Source: Eubacteriales bacterium
Lineage (GTDB): Bacteria > Bacillota > Clostridia > Oscillospirales > QAKW01
DNA: 49,597 nucleotides
Direction of reading: 5' to 3'
NCBI GenBank assembly: GCA_045660845.1
Contig: JAZREO010000115.1
Span: 1 to 49,597, forward strand
The notes beneath the pieces are model-generated. The model searched no databases and had not been told where the DNA came from. It was given only the letters and a program-made list of their open reading frames with translations. How positions within the stretch are numbered: position 1 is the stretch's first letter; every line of letters starts with the position of its first letter. Positions 38,097 through 46,628 of the stretch are shown here, one piece after another. Both the position numbers and the translations under genes were made by a program.

Positions 38097-38171
38097 ATTA
38101 TATCATTCTATGTCAAAAATTTCAATATAGCCAGAGTAAAATAATATTTTAATTGATTTTTGAAATAGGGT

Positions 38172-38816
38172 TTAGCTTTTTTTGAAATGCAAGGTTTTTA
38201 AATGCTTTTTGTAAAAACTTGGGTGCTCTGTTACTTTACCTATGATTTCAATCAGTTGTTTTTGAGAGAGTAAAAGATATGGATGGGCAATATTAATTCG
38301 CGTTCCTTCTTTTTTTACTTTCTTATACCTGTTTTTTGCTGTCTGTAAATATTCTTTATAAGCTTGTTCCTTCATTTCGGCATCATTTATATTTTCGTAT
38401 TTTGTGTACGCTTTTGCAACATCCTTAAATAAAGTGTATAGCCTATCATTCATATATAGAATGAGCGGTCTATCTTCGGAAAAAGTGACTAATTTCGTTG
38501 GGGTTATTGCATCCTCAATTGCTAAGGTGTCTTCATTATATTCAGAATAAATTATTTTGCAGAATAAATTAATAAAGTCATCAATATTATCTGAAACAGT
38601 ATCAAAACCAAGTAATCTTTTAATATCTATTCCTAGTGCTTCAGCGAGAAACTCTAAATGCTCAATGTTCATTCCCTCGCCTTTTTCTATTCTTGATATC
38701 GTCGATGCTGAAACGCCACTTTTATATTCAAGATCTTTTAGTGTCATTTTTTGGTGACTTCTTTCATCTTTGATTCTTTTTCCGATTTCTGTTTTATTTA
38801 TCATATTGTCTATCAT
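38172..38816 (-). CDS. XRE-family HTH regulator with extended C-terminal domain
   Basis: IGKRIKDER..QKMTLKDL...SGVSASTISRIEKG; AGGAG RBS before ATG 38816; divergent from the mobilization genes. Confidence 0.85.
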   Translation of the reverse strand: MIDNMINKTEIGKRIKDERSHQKMTLKDLEYKSGVSASTISRIEKGEGMNIEHLEFLAEALGIDIKRLLGFDTVSDNIDDFINLFCKIIYSEYNEDTLAIEDAITPTKLVTFSEDRPLILYMNDRLYTLFKDVAKAYTKYENINDAEMKEQAYKEYLQTAKNRYKKVKKEGTRINIAHPYLLLSQKQLIEIIGKVTEHPSFYKKHLKTLHFKKS

Positions 38817-39022
38817 GTTGTCACTCCTTGATTTTTCAATTTTGAAAAATACATCAGGTTTGAAAAAATTCAATTGTCTGTATTTTTCCTATGGTATCAT
38901 AATAACAGAAAATCGATTTTCAAGCAATATACAATAGAGAAAGAGGTGAAAGCAACACTACAACTCAAATCAATCAACATTCCATTGTTATATTAAATTA
39001 AATTTTAAAGGAGAATTTTATT

Positions 39023-39388
39023 ATGGCCAATAAATTAATTGTGAATTTAGCCACTGTTAATGGCGGCTTTGATTATTGTATTTTAACCTCCAAGGCCCCT
39101 ATCCCACTGTATGAAAATGGGACAAAATTAGAAAAATCGGGTGGTACTAAACTTAGTGTTGTATTACAAGGAAATCGTTTTACGCCGTTGAATGTAAAAA
39201 TTGAGGGTGACAATAACGTATTACCTAATCTTACAGATGAACAAATCAACGATGCTTGTTCTTCGTTAAAGCTCATTCCCGTGAGATTTACCGACTGTAA
39301 AATCGCTTTGTATTCAATTAATAACAATATGGTGATGTCGGCAACTGCAAGCGGATGCGAAATTTTATCAAATAAAAAGGAGAGCTAA
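39023..39388 (+). CDS. Small probable OB-fold ssDNA-binding / relaxosome accessory protein
   Basis: 121 aa, beta-rich; first gene before the FtsK-like ATPase and Rep, the position held by Orf22/23-like proteins in Tn916/ICEBs1-type modules (inference). Confidence 0.55.
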   Translation: MANKLIVNLATVNGGFDYCILTSKAPIPLYENGTKLEKSGGTKLSVVLQGNRFTPLNVKIEGDNNVLPNLTDEQINDACSSLKLIPVRFTDCKIALYSINNNMVMSATASGCEILSNKKES

Positions 39389-39404
39389 CAAATAAGTAAA
39401 AGAG

Positions 39405-40538
39405 GTGTTCATCATGATAAAAAAATTAATTATACGCATTATGGCTATTTTAGGTTATATAGCCGCAGTCATTATAATTTTCAAGAATAGAAATGTGATT
39501 CCTGCACCGTTGGGTATGATTACAAGGGATTTGGTTTTAATAGCACTTTCGATATGTTTTTTGATAATTATAACCGAGCTCTTGCGTTATCCTTTTGGCA
39601 AAAGAAAATTTGACAAAGCGTTTAGAAAAATCGGATTAAAAAATGCTTTGTCTGAATACCCTGTTTTGCTTTCTGCCAAAAGAGATAAGCACAAAGAACA
39701 CGGCGTTATATACACCATAAAAAACATGGGAATACCGATAACCGATTTTGATAATTCCACCCCTGCGTTACAAGCTGCACTTGACTTAATGATATATAGG
39801 CTCGATTATGGTAGAAACGCTAAAAAAACAAAAATTCATGCCATACCATTTAAGTATGATAAACCGAGAATTATTTCTACAGATAGTACCGATTTAGCTG
39901 ATGATATGATTAATATACTCTGCATAGGTGCCACCGGATCTGGCAAGTCATATGCTTTATTGACAATTTTGGGATTGTTTGCTAAAACTAACGCCAAGAT
40001 TTATATATGCGATTATAAAAACGGCTTTTCAAAATTTGAAAACACCCAAAATTTTTATGGTTATGAAGATATTGCTGACGGAATACAAGCCGTATATAAA
40101 GAGTTTTCAGAACGGCTCAAAGAAAATAACCAAGAAAGAAATAATAACAAAGTTGTTCTACTTATTGATGAATACGGTGCATTTATTTCAGCGATAGACA
40201 AGAAAAATGCTGAACAGTATAAAACAATGGTTGCAAATATGCTTTTTATGGGTCGCAGTCTTGGCATTATAGTCCTGATCGGGATACAAAGGGCGGATAG
40301 TGAATATTTTAAAGCCGGTGCAAGAGATCAATTCAAAATGGTGTTAGCACTAGGCAATCTATCCAAAGAGCAAAAATCCATGTTATTCTATGACTATAGA
40401 GACAAGTTGAATCATAATAACGGCGTAGGCGAGGGGTATTTGCTTATTGACGGAAAAGGCGTTGAACGAGTTAAGGTGGCGACTATTAAAAACTTCGACA
40501 CGCTTAATGCGAATATTACTGAAGCAATGAACCGCTAA
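39405..40538 (+). CDS. FtsK/SpoIIIE-family ATPase (TcpA-like coupling protein)
   Basis: Two N-terminal TMs, Walker A GATGSGKS, Walker B LLIDE, GRSLGI, QRAD; start may be ATG 39414. Confidence 0.85.
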   Translation: MFIMIKKLIIRIMAILGYIAAVIIIFKNRNVIPAPLGMITRDLVLIALSICFLIIITELLRYPFGKRKFDKAFRKIGLKNALSEYPVLLSAKRDKHKEHGVIYTIKNMGIPITDFDNSTPALQAALDLMIYRLDYGRNAKKTKIHAIPFKYDKPRIISTDSTDLADDMINILCIGATGSGKSYALLTILGLFAKTNAKIYICDYKNGFSKFENTQNFYGYEDIADGIQAVYKEFSERLKENNQERNNNKVVLLIDEYGAFISAIDKKNAEQYKTMVANMLFMGRSLGIIVLIGIQRADSEYFKAGARDQFKMVLALGNLSKEQKSMLFYDYRDKLNHNNGVGEGYLLIDGKGVERVKVATIKNFDTLNANITEAMNR

Positions 40539-40539
40539 A

Positions 40540-40601
40540 ATGTATGGGCGGTGAGGCGAAGCGTAAACCGCCCATACATAATTAACTTGATTATTGTAAT
40601 C
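40540..40601 (+). other. Candidate rolling-circle origin / oriT
   Basis: 13-bp perfect IR ATGTATGGGCGGT/ACCGCCCATACAT without a T tract, then AACTTGATTATT, directly upstream of the Rep gene. Confidence 0.55.
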
Positions 40602-40639
40602 TAATATCAGAAAATAGCCATCAAAAAAGGGGGTGAAAA

Positions 40640-41587
40640 ATGAAGTTTGAAAGAATAGATAGCAACAAGGAACCTGATTTAGATAGCGTTGTTCAATTAA
40701 AGAAAATGGGAAATATATATGAAATCAAGTCTATGAGCAAAACACCAACAATGCCTATAAAAAAGATTGATAAAGATCACTTTGTTGAAATTGAAACAGG
40801 TGAAATAAAATCATTTAAACACAATGAAAAAAGAATTGATAACCTTTCAAGCGTATCGCAATCAATAAAACATTTGAGAGAATATATTAATGCTAATATA
40901 ACAAATGCAAAGAATGTTCTTTTCATAACATTAACCTACGCCGAAAACATGCAAGATGCAGATAAATTATATCAAGATTTCAGAAGATTTAATATGCGTT
41001 TGAAATATTACTTAAACAAAAATAAACTGCCAAGTCCGGAATATTTCTTGGTAGTTGAGCCACAAGCAAGAGGGAGCCTCCATGGGCATTTACTATTGCT
41101 TTTTCAAGAATCCGCGCCGTTCATACCTAATGAAAAGTTAGCTGATATTTGGGGACATGGTTTTGTGAAAACAAAATCGTTAAAGAATGTGGATAACATC
41201 GGGGCGTATCTGTCTGCATATTTGGGCGATATGGAATTAGATGAATCTATATTGATAAATAACCATAATGCAAAGGGTTTTAAGGTTGTTGAAAGCGTTG
41301 AAGAAAATAGCCAAAGGCGATCAAAAGCAATCGTCAAAGGTGCACGCCTTAAACTCTACCCTAAAGGGTTTCGTATTTTTAGAAAAAGTAAAGGAATTGT
41401 TGCACCTGAAATCATATCTTGCACATATGCAGAAGCATTAAAGGAAATAGGTAATAGCACTTTAACTTATGCGAAAACAATTAAAATATCTGATGATGAC
41501 GGAAAAACTTGTAATATCATTAATTATCGTCACTACAAGAAAAAACAAAATAACGGGGGTGTTCTTAATAATAAAGAAACACGGTGA
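40640..41587 (+). CDS. HUH rolling-circle replication initiator / relaxase
   Basis: Motif I FITLTY, motif II EPQARGSLHGHLLL, WGHG, motif III YLSAYL. Confidence 0.85.
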   Translation: MKFERIDSNKEPDLDSVVQLKKMGNIYEIKSMSKTPTMPIKKIDKDHFVEIETGEIKSFKHNEKRIDNLSSVSQSIKHLREYINANITNAKNVLFITLTYAENMQDADKLYQDFRRFNMRLKYYLNKNKLPSPEYFLVVEPQARGSLHGHLLLLFQESAPFIPNEKLADIWGHGFVKTKSLKNVDNIGAYLSAYLGDMELDESILINNHNAKGFKVVESVEENSQRRSKAIVKGARLKLYPKGFRIFRKSKGIVAPEIISCTYAEALKEIGNSTLTYAKTIKISDDDGKTCNIINYRHYKKKQNNGGVLNNKETR

Positions 41588-41741
41588 TTATGGAACAGGT
41601 ATTGAAGTTCATGTTATTCAGTCTGTTGCTCGGTGTCTTTTGCCAGATATATTGAAATTCTATGAAAGGGAAGAGGGACAAAAATACTACAAAGAATGGA
41701 AAAATAAGCAGGAACAGACTGAGAATAGAACCAAAGCATAA
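41559..41741 (+). CDS. Small protein at the element end (candidate directionality factor)
   Basis: ...QSVARCLLPDILKFYEREEGQKYYKEWK...; overlaps the rep 3' end and is followed by a terminator; start uncertain. Confidence 0.5.
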   Translation: MFLIIKKHGDYGTGIEVHVIQSVARCLLPDILKFYEREEGQKYYKEWKNKQEQTENRTKA

Positions 41742-41744
41742 ATG

Positions 41745-41777
41745 AAAATGGATAGCCAAAAACGGCTATCCATTTTT
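41745..41777. terminator. Terminator of the mobilization operon
   Basis: AAAATGGATAGCC/GGCTATCCATTTT. Confidence 0.8.
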
Positions 41778-41789
41778 CTCATACCCTAT

Positions 41790-41842
41790 AATAAAAAACA
41801 AATCCGAACACACCCTCAAAGAAAACAGGGGAATGTTCGGAT
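41790..41842 (-). terminator. Element-supplied terminator-like hairpin downstream of tRNA-Lys
   Basis: Minus strand ATCCGAACA-TTCCCCT...AGGGTG-TGTTCGGAT followed by TTGTTTTTTATT. Confidence 0.6.
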
Positions 41843-41853
41843 ACTTGTTTTCG

Positions 41854-41929
41854 TGGTGATCCATCGGAGATTCGAACTCCGGACCCTTTGATTAAAAGTC
41901 AAATGCTCTGCCAGCTGAGCTAATGGATC
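41854..41929 (-). tRNA. tRNA-Lys (anticodon TTT)
   Basis: 76 nt: acceptor GATCCAT/ATGGATC, D arm AGCTCAGCTGGCAGAGC, anticodon arm TTTGA-CTTTTAA-TCAAA, T loop GTTCGAA, encoded CCA. Confidence 0.97.
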
Positions 41930-41946
41930 ATTTTCAACGCTAATAC

Positions 41947-41975
41947 ATTATACAGGGTGTCAATTTATTTGTCAA
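41947..41975 (-). promoter_or_regulatory. Consensus SigA promoter of tRNA-Lys
   Basis: TTGACA-17-TATAAT on the minus strand. Confidence 0.8.
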
Positions 41976-42047
41976 GAAAAATATTCTCGAAAAAATAAAG
42001 GTATTTTGTCTGTTTCTTTGTATAAATAAAATAGGAGGAATAAAAGG

Positions 42048-43055
42048 ATGAATTTTCGAGAGCAGCAAGAAACATTTGAAGCGCAGCAACTTTCTTCCTT
42101 TGCCTGCCTTTCCCGGGACAGCCGGGGGCGGACGGAGGCGGTGGAGCCCTGCCCTTTGCGTACTTGCTTTAGCCGGGACCGGGACCGGATCATCCATTCC
42201 AAGGCATTCCGGCGGCTGAAGCATAAGACCCAGGTCTTTTTAAGTCCGTCGGGGGATCATTACCGTACCCGCCTGACTCATACCCTGGAGGTTTCCCAGA
42301 TCGCTCGTTCTATTGCTCGGGCACTCCGGCTGAATGAGGACCTGACTGAGGCCATCGCCCTGGGTCATGATCTGGGTCATACTCCCTTTGGTCACGCTGG
42401 AGAGCGGGCGTTGAACGCCATCGCATCCATCCCCTTCCGGCATAATGAGCAGAGCGTGCGGGTGGCGGCGATCTTGGAGCGGCTCAACCTGACCTATGAG
42501 GTGCTGGACGGCATGGCGGGGCACACAGGAGACAAGCTTCCTGCTACCTTTGAGGGGCAGGTGGTCCGTCTATCTGACCGGATCGCTTACATTAATCACG
42601 ATATCGACGACGCCCTCCGGGGCGGCATCATTCGGGAAGAGGACCTGCCTCAGGCGGCAACGGCTGTCTTAGGGCAGAGCTCCGGGCAGCGGATCAATAC
42701 CTTGGTCCGGGGCGTGGTGGACCACAGTCTGAATAACGACCAGGTCTCCCTCTTGCCGGGGGTCACCATCGACCCGGAGGTGGGCAAGGCGCTGGACACG
42801 TTGCGTACCTTTATGTTTGACCAGGTCTATACCGGCTCTATGGCGAAGACCGAGGAGGCGAAGGCGGAGCGGCTGATGCAGCGGCTTTTCCGTTACTTTA
42901 TGGAGCGACCGGAGCGTATCCCTGCCGAGTATCTGCCGGTGATGGAGCAGGAGGGCACGGAGCGTGCAGTGCTGGACTATCTGGCGGGCATGACCGACAC
43001 TTATGTTGTGACACTTTATAAGGAAATATACTTACCGAAAGGATGGGAATTTTAA
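42048..43055 (+). CDS. dgt: Deoxyguanosinetriphosphate triphosphohydrolase-like protein (HD domain)
   Basis: RDRDRIIHSKAFRRLKHKTQVF, RTRLTHTLEV, HDLGHTPFGHAGE, DRIAY..HD, AGMTD. Confidence 0.92.
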   Translation: MNFREQQETFEAQQLSSFACLSRDSRGRTEAVEPCPLRTCFSRDRDRIIHSKAFRRLKHKTQVFLSPSGDHYRTRLTHTLEVSQIARSIARALRLNEDLTEAIALGHDLGHTPFGHAGERALNAIASIPFRHNEQSVRVAAILERLNLTYEVLDGMAGHTGDKLPATFEGQVVRLSDRIAYINHDIDDALRGGIIREEDLPQAATAVLGQSSGQRINTLVRGVVDHSLNNDQVSLLPGVTIDPEVGKALDTLRTFMFDQVYTGSMAKTEEAKAERLMQRLFRYFMERPERIPAEYLPVMEQEGTERAVLDYLAGMTDTYVVTLYKEIYLPKGWEF

Positions 43056-44806
43056 TGGCGCTGGACAGCCGTTTTCTGGCGGAGCTGAAGGGGCGCAATC
43101 ATATCGTGGATGCCATTGCGCCCTATGTGCAGCTCAAGCGCAACGGCACCCGCCATACCGGTCTTTGCCCCTTCCACGGCGAAAAGACCCCCTCCTTCAC
43201 CGTCTTTGAGGATACCGCGTCCTATTATTGCTTTGGCTGTGGTGCCGGGGGGGATGTCATCACCTTTGTGATGAAGTATCAGAACCTGGACTATATAGAG
43301 GCGGTCCGCTATCTGGCGGAGCGGTCAGGGATGACCCTGCCGGAGGAGGAGAGCCGTAATGCCGCCTATCAGCGGCAGAAACGGGAGCGGATGTATGAGA
43401 TGCATAAGCTTGCCGCCCGGTTCTTCTATCATAACCTGATGAGCCCCAGGGGAAAGGAAGGCTTGGACTACCTGACCAATCGGGGTATTACCAAGGACTC
43501 CATCGTTCGCTATGGGCTGGGCTTCGCACCGGACTCTTTCAATGCACTAAAAGATTATTTGCGGGAAAAAGGCTTCTCCCCGGATGAGATGCTGGCGGCG
43601 GGTCTTTTAGCCCGCAGCGAGCGCAGCAGCGGAACATACGATAAGTTCCGCAACCGGGTGATGTTCCCCGTCTTTGACCTTCGCGGGAATGTGGTTGCCT
43701 TTTCCGGGCGCATTTTGGGGGACGGACAACCCAAATATTTAAACTCTCCCGAAACCGATATCTATACCAAGGGCAACTGCGTCTTTGGCTTGCATTTAGC
43801 CAAAAATGAGCCGGAGGGGACGCTGATTCTCTGCGAGGGCAACCTGGATGTGGTCTCCCTCTCTCAGGCGGGTTTCACCGGTGCGGTGGCGCCCCTGGGC
43901 ACTGCTTTTACTAAGGAACAGGCACGGATCCTGGCGAAATATGCCAAGACCGTCGTGGTGGCATTTGATAACGATTCCGCCGGCTTGAAGGCGACGGACA
44001 AAGCCATCCGCTTTTTGGAGGAGCAGGGCATCCCGGTGCGGGTGCTGCAGATGAGCGGGGCAAAGGACCCGGACGAATTTATCAAGACCTACGGTAAGGA
44101 GCGATTCGCCATGCTGCTGAAAAGCTCCAAAACGCCGGTAGAATTTCAGCTGGAGAAGCTTCGGGCGGGGCTGGATCTGAATGATACTGCCATGAAGGTG
44201 GAATACTTGCGTCAGGCAATGAATGTGCTGACCGCCATCGAAAGCGCGGTAGAGCGGGATGTTTATGTCCTGAAACTCAGCCGGGAGCTGGGGATCAGCG
44301 CCGAGTCTGTCCGGGATGAGGTGGCGCGCAGCTTCAAGCGCAAAAAAGCCGCCGCTCAGCGCAAGGAGATCCGCAATGGTGAGCAGGAGTTGAAGGGTAC
44401 CTATGACCGGGTCAACCCGGAGCGTGCCGGAGCACCGCGCGCCGCCAGAGCGGAGGAGATGGCGATCGCCATCCTGGTCCGCCATCCGGACCTTTGGAAG
44501 CAGGCAGAAAAAGAGTTGCTGCCGGAGGAGTTTGTGACAAGTTTTAACCGCCGGGTCTATGAATTCCTTTTGGAGGAATACCGTTCCCAGCCGGACGCCG
44601 CGGCGCCGGTCTTTGCCAAAGCCTTCGATGAGAAGGAAATGGCTCGTATATCGTTTTTCATCAACACTCCGGTGCTGCATGGGGATCCAAGAGAGCAGCT
44701 CCGGGAGTGCGTGGAAATATTAAAAAGTGAAGGTGCCAAGCGGGTGGACGCATCTGCCCTGTCACCGGAGCAGCTGATGCAGCAAATAAAGGAGATTAAA
44801 GGATGA
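43055..44806 (+). CDS. dnaG: DNA primase
   Basis: CPFH..KTPSF..CFGC zinc finger, [24 protein letters not shown]; ATG overlaps the dgt stop. Confidence 0.96.
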   Translation: MALDSRFLAELKGRNHIVDAIAPYVQLKRNGTRHTGLCPFHGEKTPSFTVFEDTASYYCFGCGAGGDVITFVMKYQNLDYIEAVRYLAERSGMTLPEEESRNAAYQRQKRERMYEMHKLAARFFYHNLMSPRGKEGLDYLTNRGITKDSIVRYGLGFAPDSFNALKDYLREKGFSPDEMLAAGLLARSERSSGTYDKFRNRVMFPVFDLRGNVVAFSGRILGDGQPKYLNSPETDIYTKGNCVFGLHLAKNEPEGTLILCEGNLDVVSLSQAGFTGAVAPLGTAFTKEQARILAKYAKTVVVAFDNDSAGLKATDKAIRFLEEQGIPVRVLQMSGAKDPDEFIKTYGKERFAMLLKSSKTPVEFQLEKLRAGLDLNDTAMKVEYLRQAMNVLTAIESAVERDVYVLKLSRELGISAESVRDEVARSFKRKKAAAQRKEIRNGEQELKGTYDRVNPERAGAPRAARAEEMAIAILVRHPDLWKQAEKELLPEEFVTSFNRRVYEFLLEEYRSQPDAAAPVFAKAFDEKEMARISFFINTPVLHGDPREQLRECVEILKSEGAKRVDASALSPEQLMQQIKEIKG

Positions 44807-46044
44807 ACATCGAGAAAAAGGCATTTTACAAAGAACTGATCGAACTGGGCAAGAGCAAGGGCTCCCTTTCCAACCGGGAGATCATGGATATCCTGGACGA
44901 GGTAACGCTGGATCCGGAGCAGATCGAGAAATTATACGATATGCTGGAGGAGCAGGGCATCGAGATCATCGAGGACTCGGTGGACGATATGGAGGATATT
45001 TCCAGCATCGTCAAGATCGTGGAGCAGAAGGACGAGGACGCAGGACAGGCGGATGCCGGGGAGCATACTCTGGTGGACGATCCTGTCAAGGTCTACCTGA
45101 AGGAGATCGGTAAGGTCCCCCTGCTCAACGGTGAGGAGGAGATCGAGCTGGCAAAGCGGATGATCCGCGGCAATGAAGCCAGCCGCCTTCTGCGTTTGAT
45201 GGAGATGCGAGAGAAGGGCGAGGAGATCCCCGAGGAGGATCTGGAGGCTTTTGATAATCTGCCCGAGGAGATTCTGGTGGAGGAACTGGAGTTTTATCAG
45301 AAGGAGATCGCTGCCGGTGAAAAGGCGAAGCAGCGGCTATCCGAGGCGAACCTGCGCTTGGTGGTCTCCATTGCCAAGCGGTATGTGGGACGCGGAATGC
45401 ATTTCTTGGATCTGATCCAGGAGGGCAACCTGGGTCTTATTAAGGCTGTGGAAAAATTCGATTATGAAAAGGGTTATAAATTCTCTACCTACGCCACCTG
45501 GTGGATTCGCCAGGCGATCACTCGTGCCATTGCGGATCAGGCAAGAACCATCCGTATTCCGGTGCATATGGTAGAGACCATCAACAGAGTCATGCGGGTC
45601 AGCCGTCAACTGGTGCAGGAGCTGGGGCGTGATCCCACCAGCGAGGAGATCGCCCGGGAGATCAATCAGCCGGAGGAAAAGGTGCGTGAGATCTTAAAGA
45701 TCGCTCTGGACCCTGTTTCTCTGGAAACCCCCATCGGCGAGGAGGAGGACAGCCACCTGGGTGACTTCATCCCCGACGACGATATCCCTGCTCCGGTGGA
45801 AGCCACCTCTCAGATCATGCTGCGGGAGCAGTTGGTGGAAGTCCTCTCCACCCTGACCCCCAGAGAAGCAAAGGTGCTGGAACTGCGGTTTGGTCTTAGG
45901 GACGGGCGCCAGCGCACTTTAGAGGAAGTGGGCAAGGAATTCAATGTGACCCGTGAGCGGATTCGGCAGATCGAGTCCAAGGCTCTGCGGAAATTGCGCC
46001 ATCCCAGCCGCAGCCGTAAGCTGAAGGACTTTCTGGATAACTGA
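44803..46044 (+). CDS. rpoD: Primary sigma factor SigA/RpoD
   Basis: [48 protein letters not shown]. Confidence 0.97.
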   Translation: MNIEKKAFYKELIELGKSKGSLSNREIMDILDEVTLDPEQIEKLYDMLEEQGIEIIEDSVDDMEDISSIVKIVEQKDEDAGQADAGEHTLVDDPVKVYLKEIGKVPLLNGEEEIELAKRMIRGNEASRLLRLMEMREKGEEIPEEDLEAFDNLPEEILVEELEFYQKEIAAGEKAKQRLSEANLRLVVSIAKRYVGRGMHFLDLIQEGNLGLIKAVEKFDYEKGYKFSTYATWWIRQAITRAIADQARTIRIPVHMVETINRVMRVSRQLVQELGRDPTSEEIAREINQPEEKVREILKIALDPVSLETPIGEEEDSHLGDFIPDDDIPAPVEATSQIMLREQLVEVLSTLTPREAKVLELRFGLRDGRQRTLEEVGKEFNVTRERIRQIESKALRKLRHPSRSRKLKDFLDN

Positions 46045-46583
46045 TGAAAACGCTGATACTGAACGGTTCTCCCCGTAAAAACGGGGAGACTGCCGCCCTC
46101 TTAGCGGCACTGGAACTGCCGGGCGAGGTGGCGCAGATCGATGCCTTTTCTGCAAAGGTCAGCCCCTGTCTGGACTGTCGGTATTGCCGCACCCATGCGG
46201 GCTGCTGCATCCGGGACGAAATGCAGGACATCTACCGGCAGATCGAGGAGAGCGACTGCATTATCCTTGCCTCGCCGGTCTGGCTTGAAAGCCTGCCGGG
46301 ACCGCTGATGACCCTTGCCAGCCGGTTGCAATGCGTGTTTAGTGCAGTCCGGTTTCAAGGGCAGCCCAAGCCCGGCGGCAAAAAAGGTGCGGTGATCCTT
46401 ACCGCCGGCGGCTCCGGCTGCGGTGGTGCGTACCGCATTGCCGAAATGCTGTTGCGTCAGATGGGTGTCCGGGGGGAGATCCCTCTGGTCAGTAGCGTCC
46501 ATACGGATCGGATTCCTGCCGTAGCGGATGAAGATGCTATTGCTGCCGCAGCAAAACTTTCAGAATATTTCAGAGAGCCTTGA
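46044..46583 (+). CDS. Flavodoxin-family iron-sulfur flavoprotein / NADPH-dependent FMN reductase
   Basis: NGSPRKNGET, CxxCxxC....C, ASPVW. Confidence 0.8.
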   Translation: MKTLILNGSPRKNGETAALLAALELPGEVAQIDAFSAKVSPCLDCRYCRTHAGCCIRDEMQDIYRQIEESDCIILASPVWLESLPGPLMTLASRLQCVFSAVRFQGQPKPGGKKGAVILTAGGSGCGGAYRIAEMLLRQMGVRGEIPLVSSVHTDRIPAVADEDAIAAAAKLSEYFREP

Positions 46584-46628
46584 GAAGTTCCTCAAGGCTC
46601 TTTTATACGAAGGAAAGGGGAGAGCGCT

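Larger units (their letters stand above)
34380..41859. mobile_element. Integrative mobilizable element (~7.5 kb) inserted in the 3' end of tRNA-Lys
   Basis: Abrupt shift to AT-rich sequence; TGGTGA direct repeat at 34380-34385 and 41854-41859; inverted arms ATCCGAAC (34401-34408) and GTTCGGAT (41835-41842); serine recombinase, TcpA-like ATPase and HUH Rep; no T4SS or phage structural genes. Confidence 0.9.

Noticed and set aside
34380-41859. Filamentous prophage (inovirus) or full ICE interpretation
   Set aside because: No small coat proteins or Zot-type ATPase and no VirB4/T4SS genes; the ATPase is FtsK/TcpA-like with N-terminal TMs
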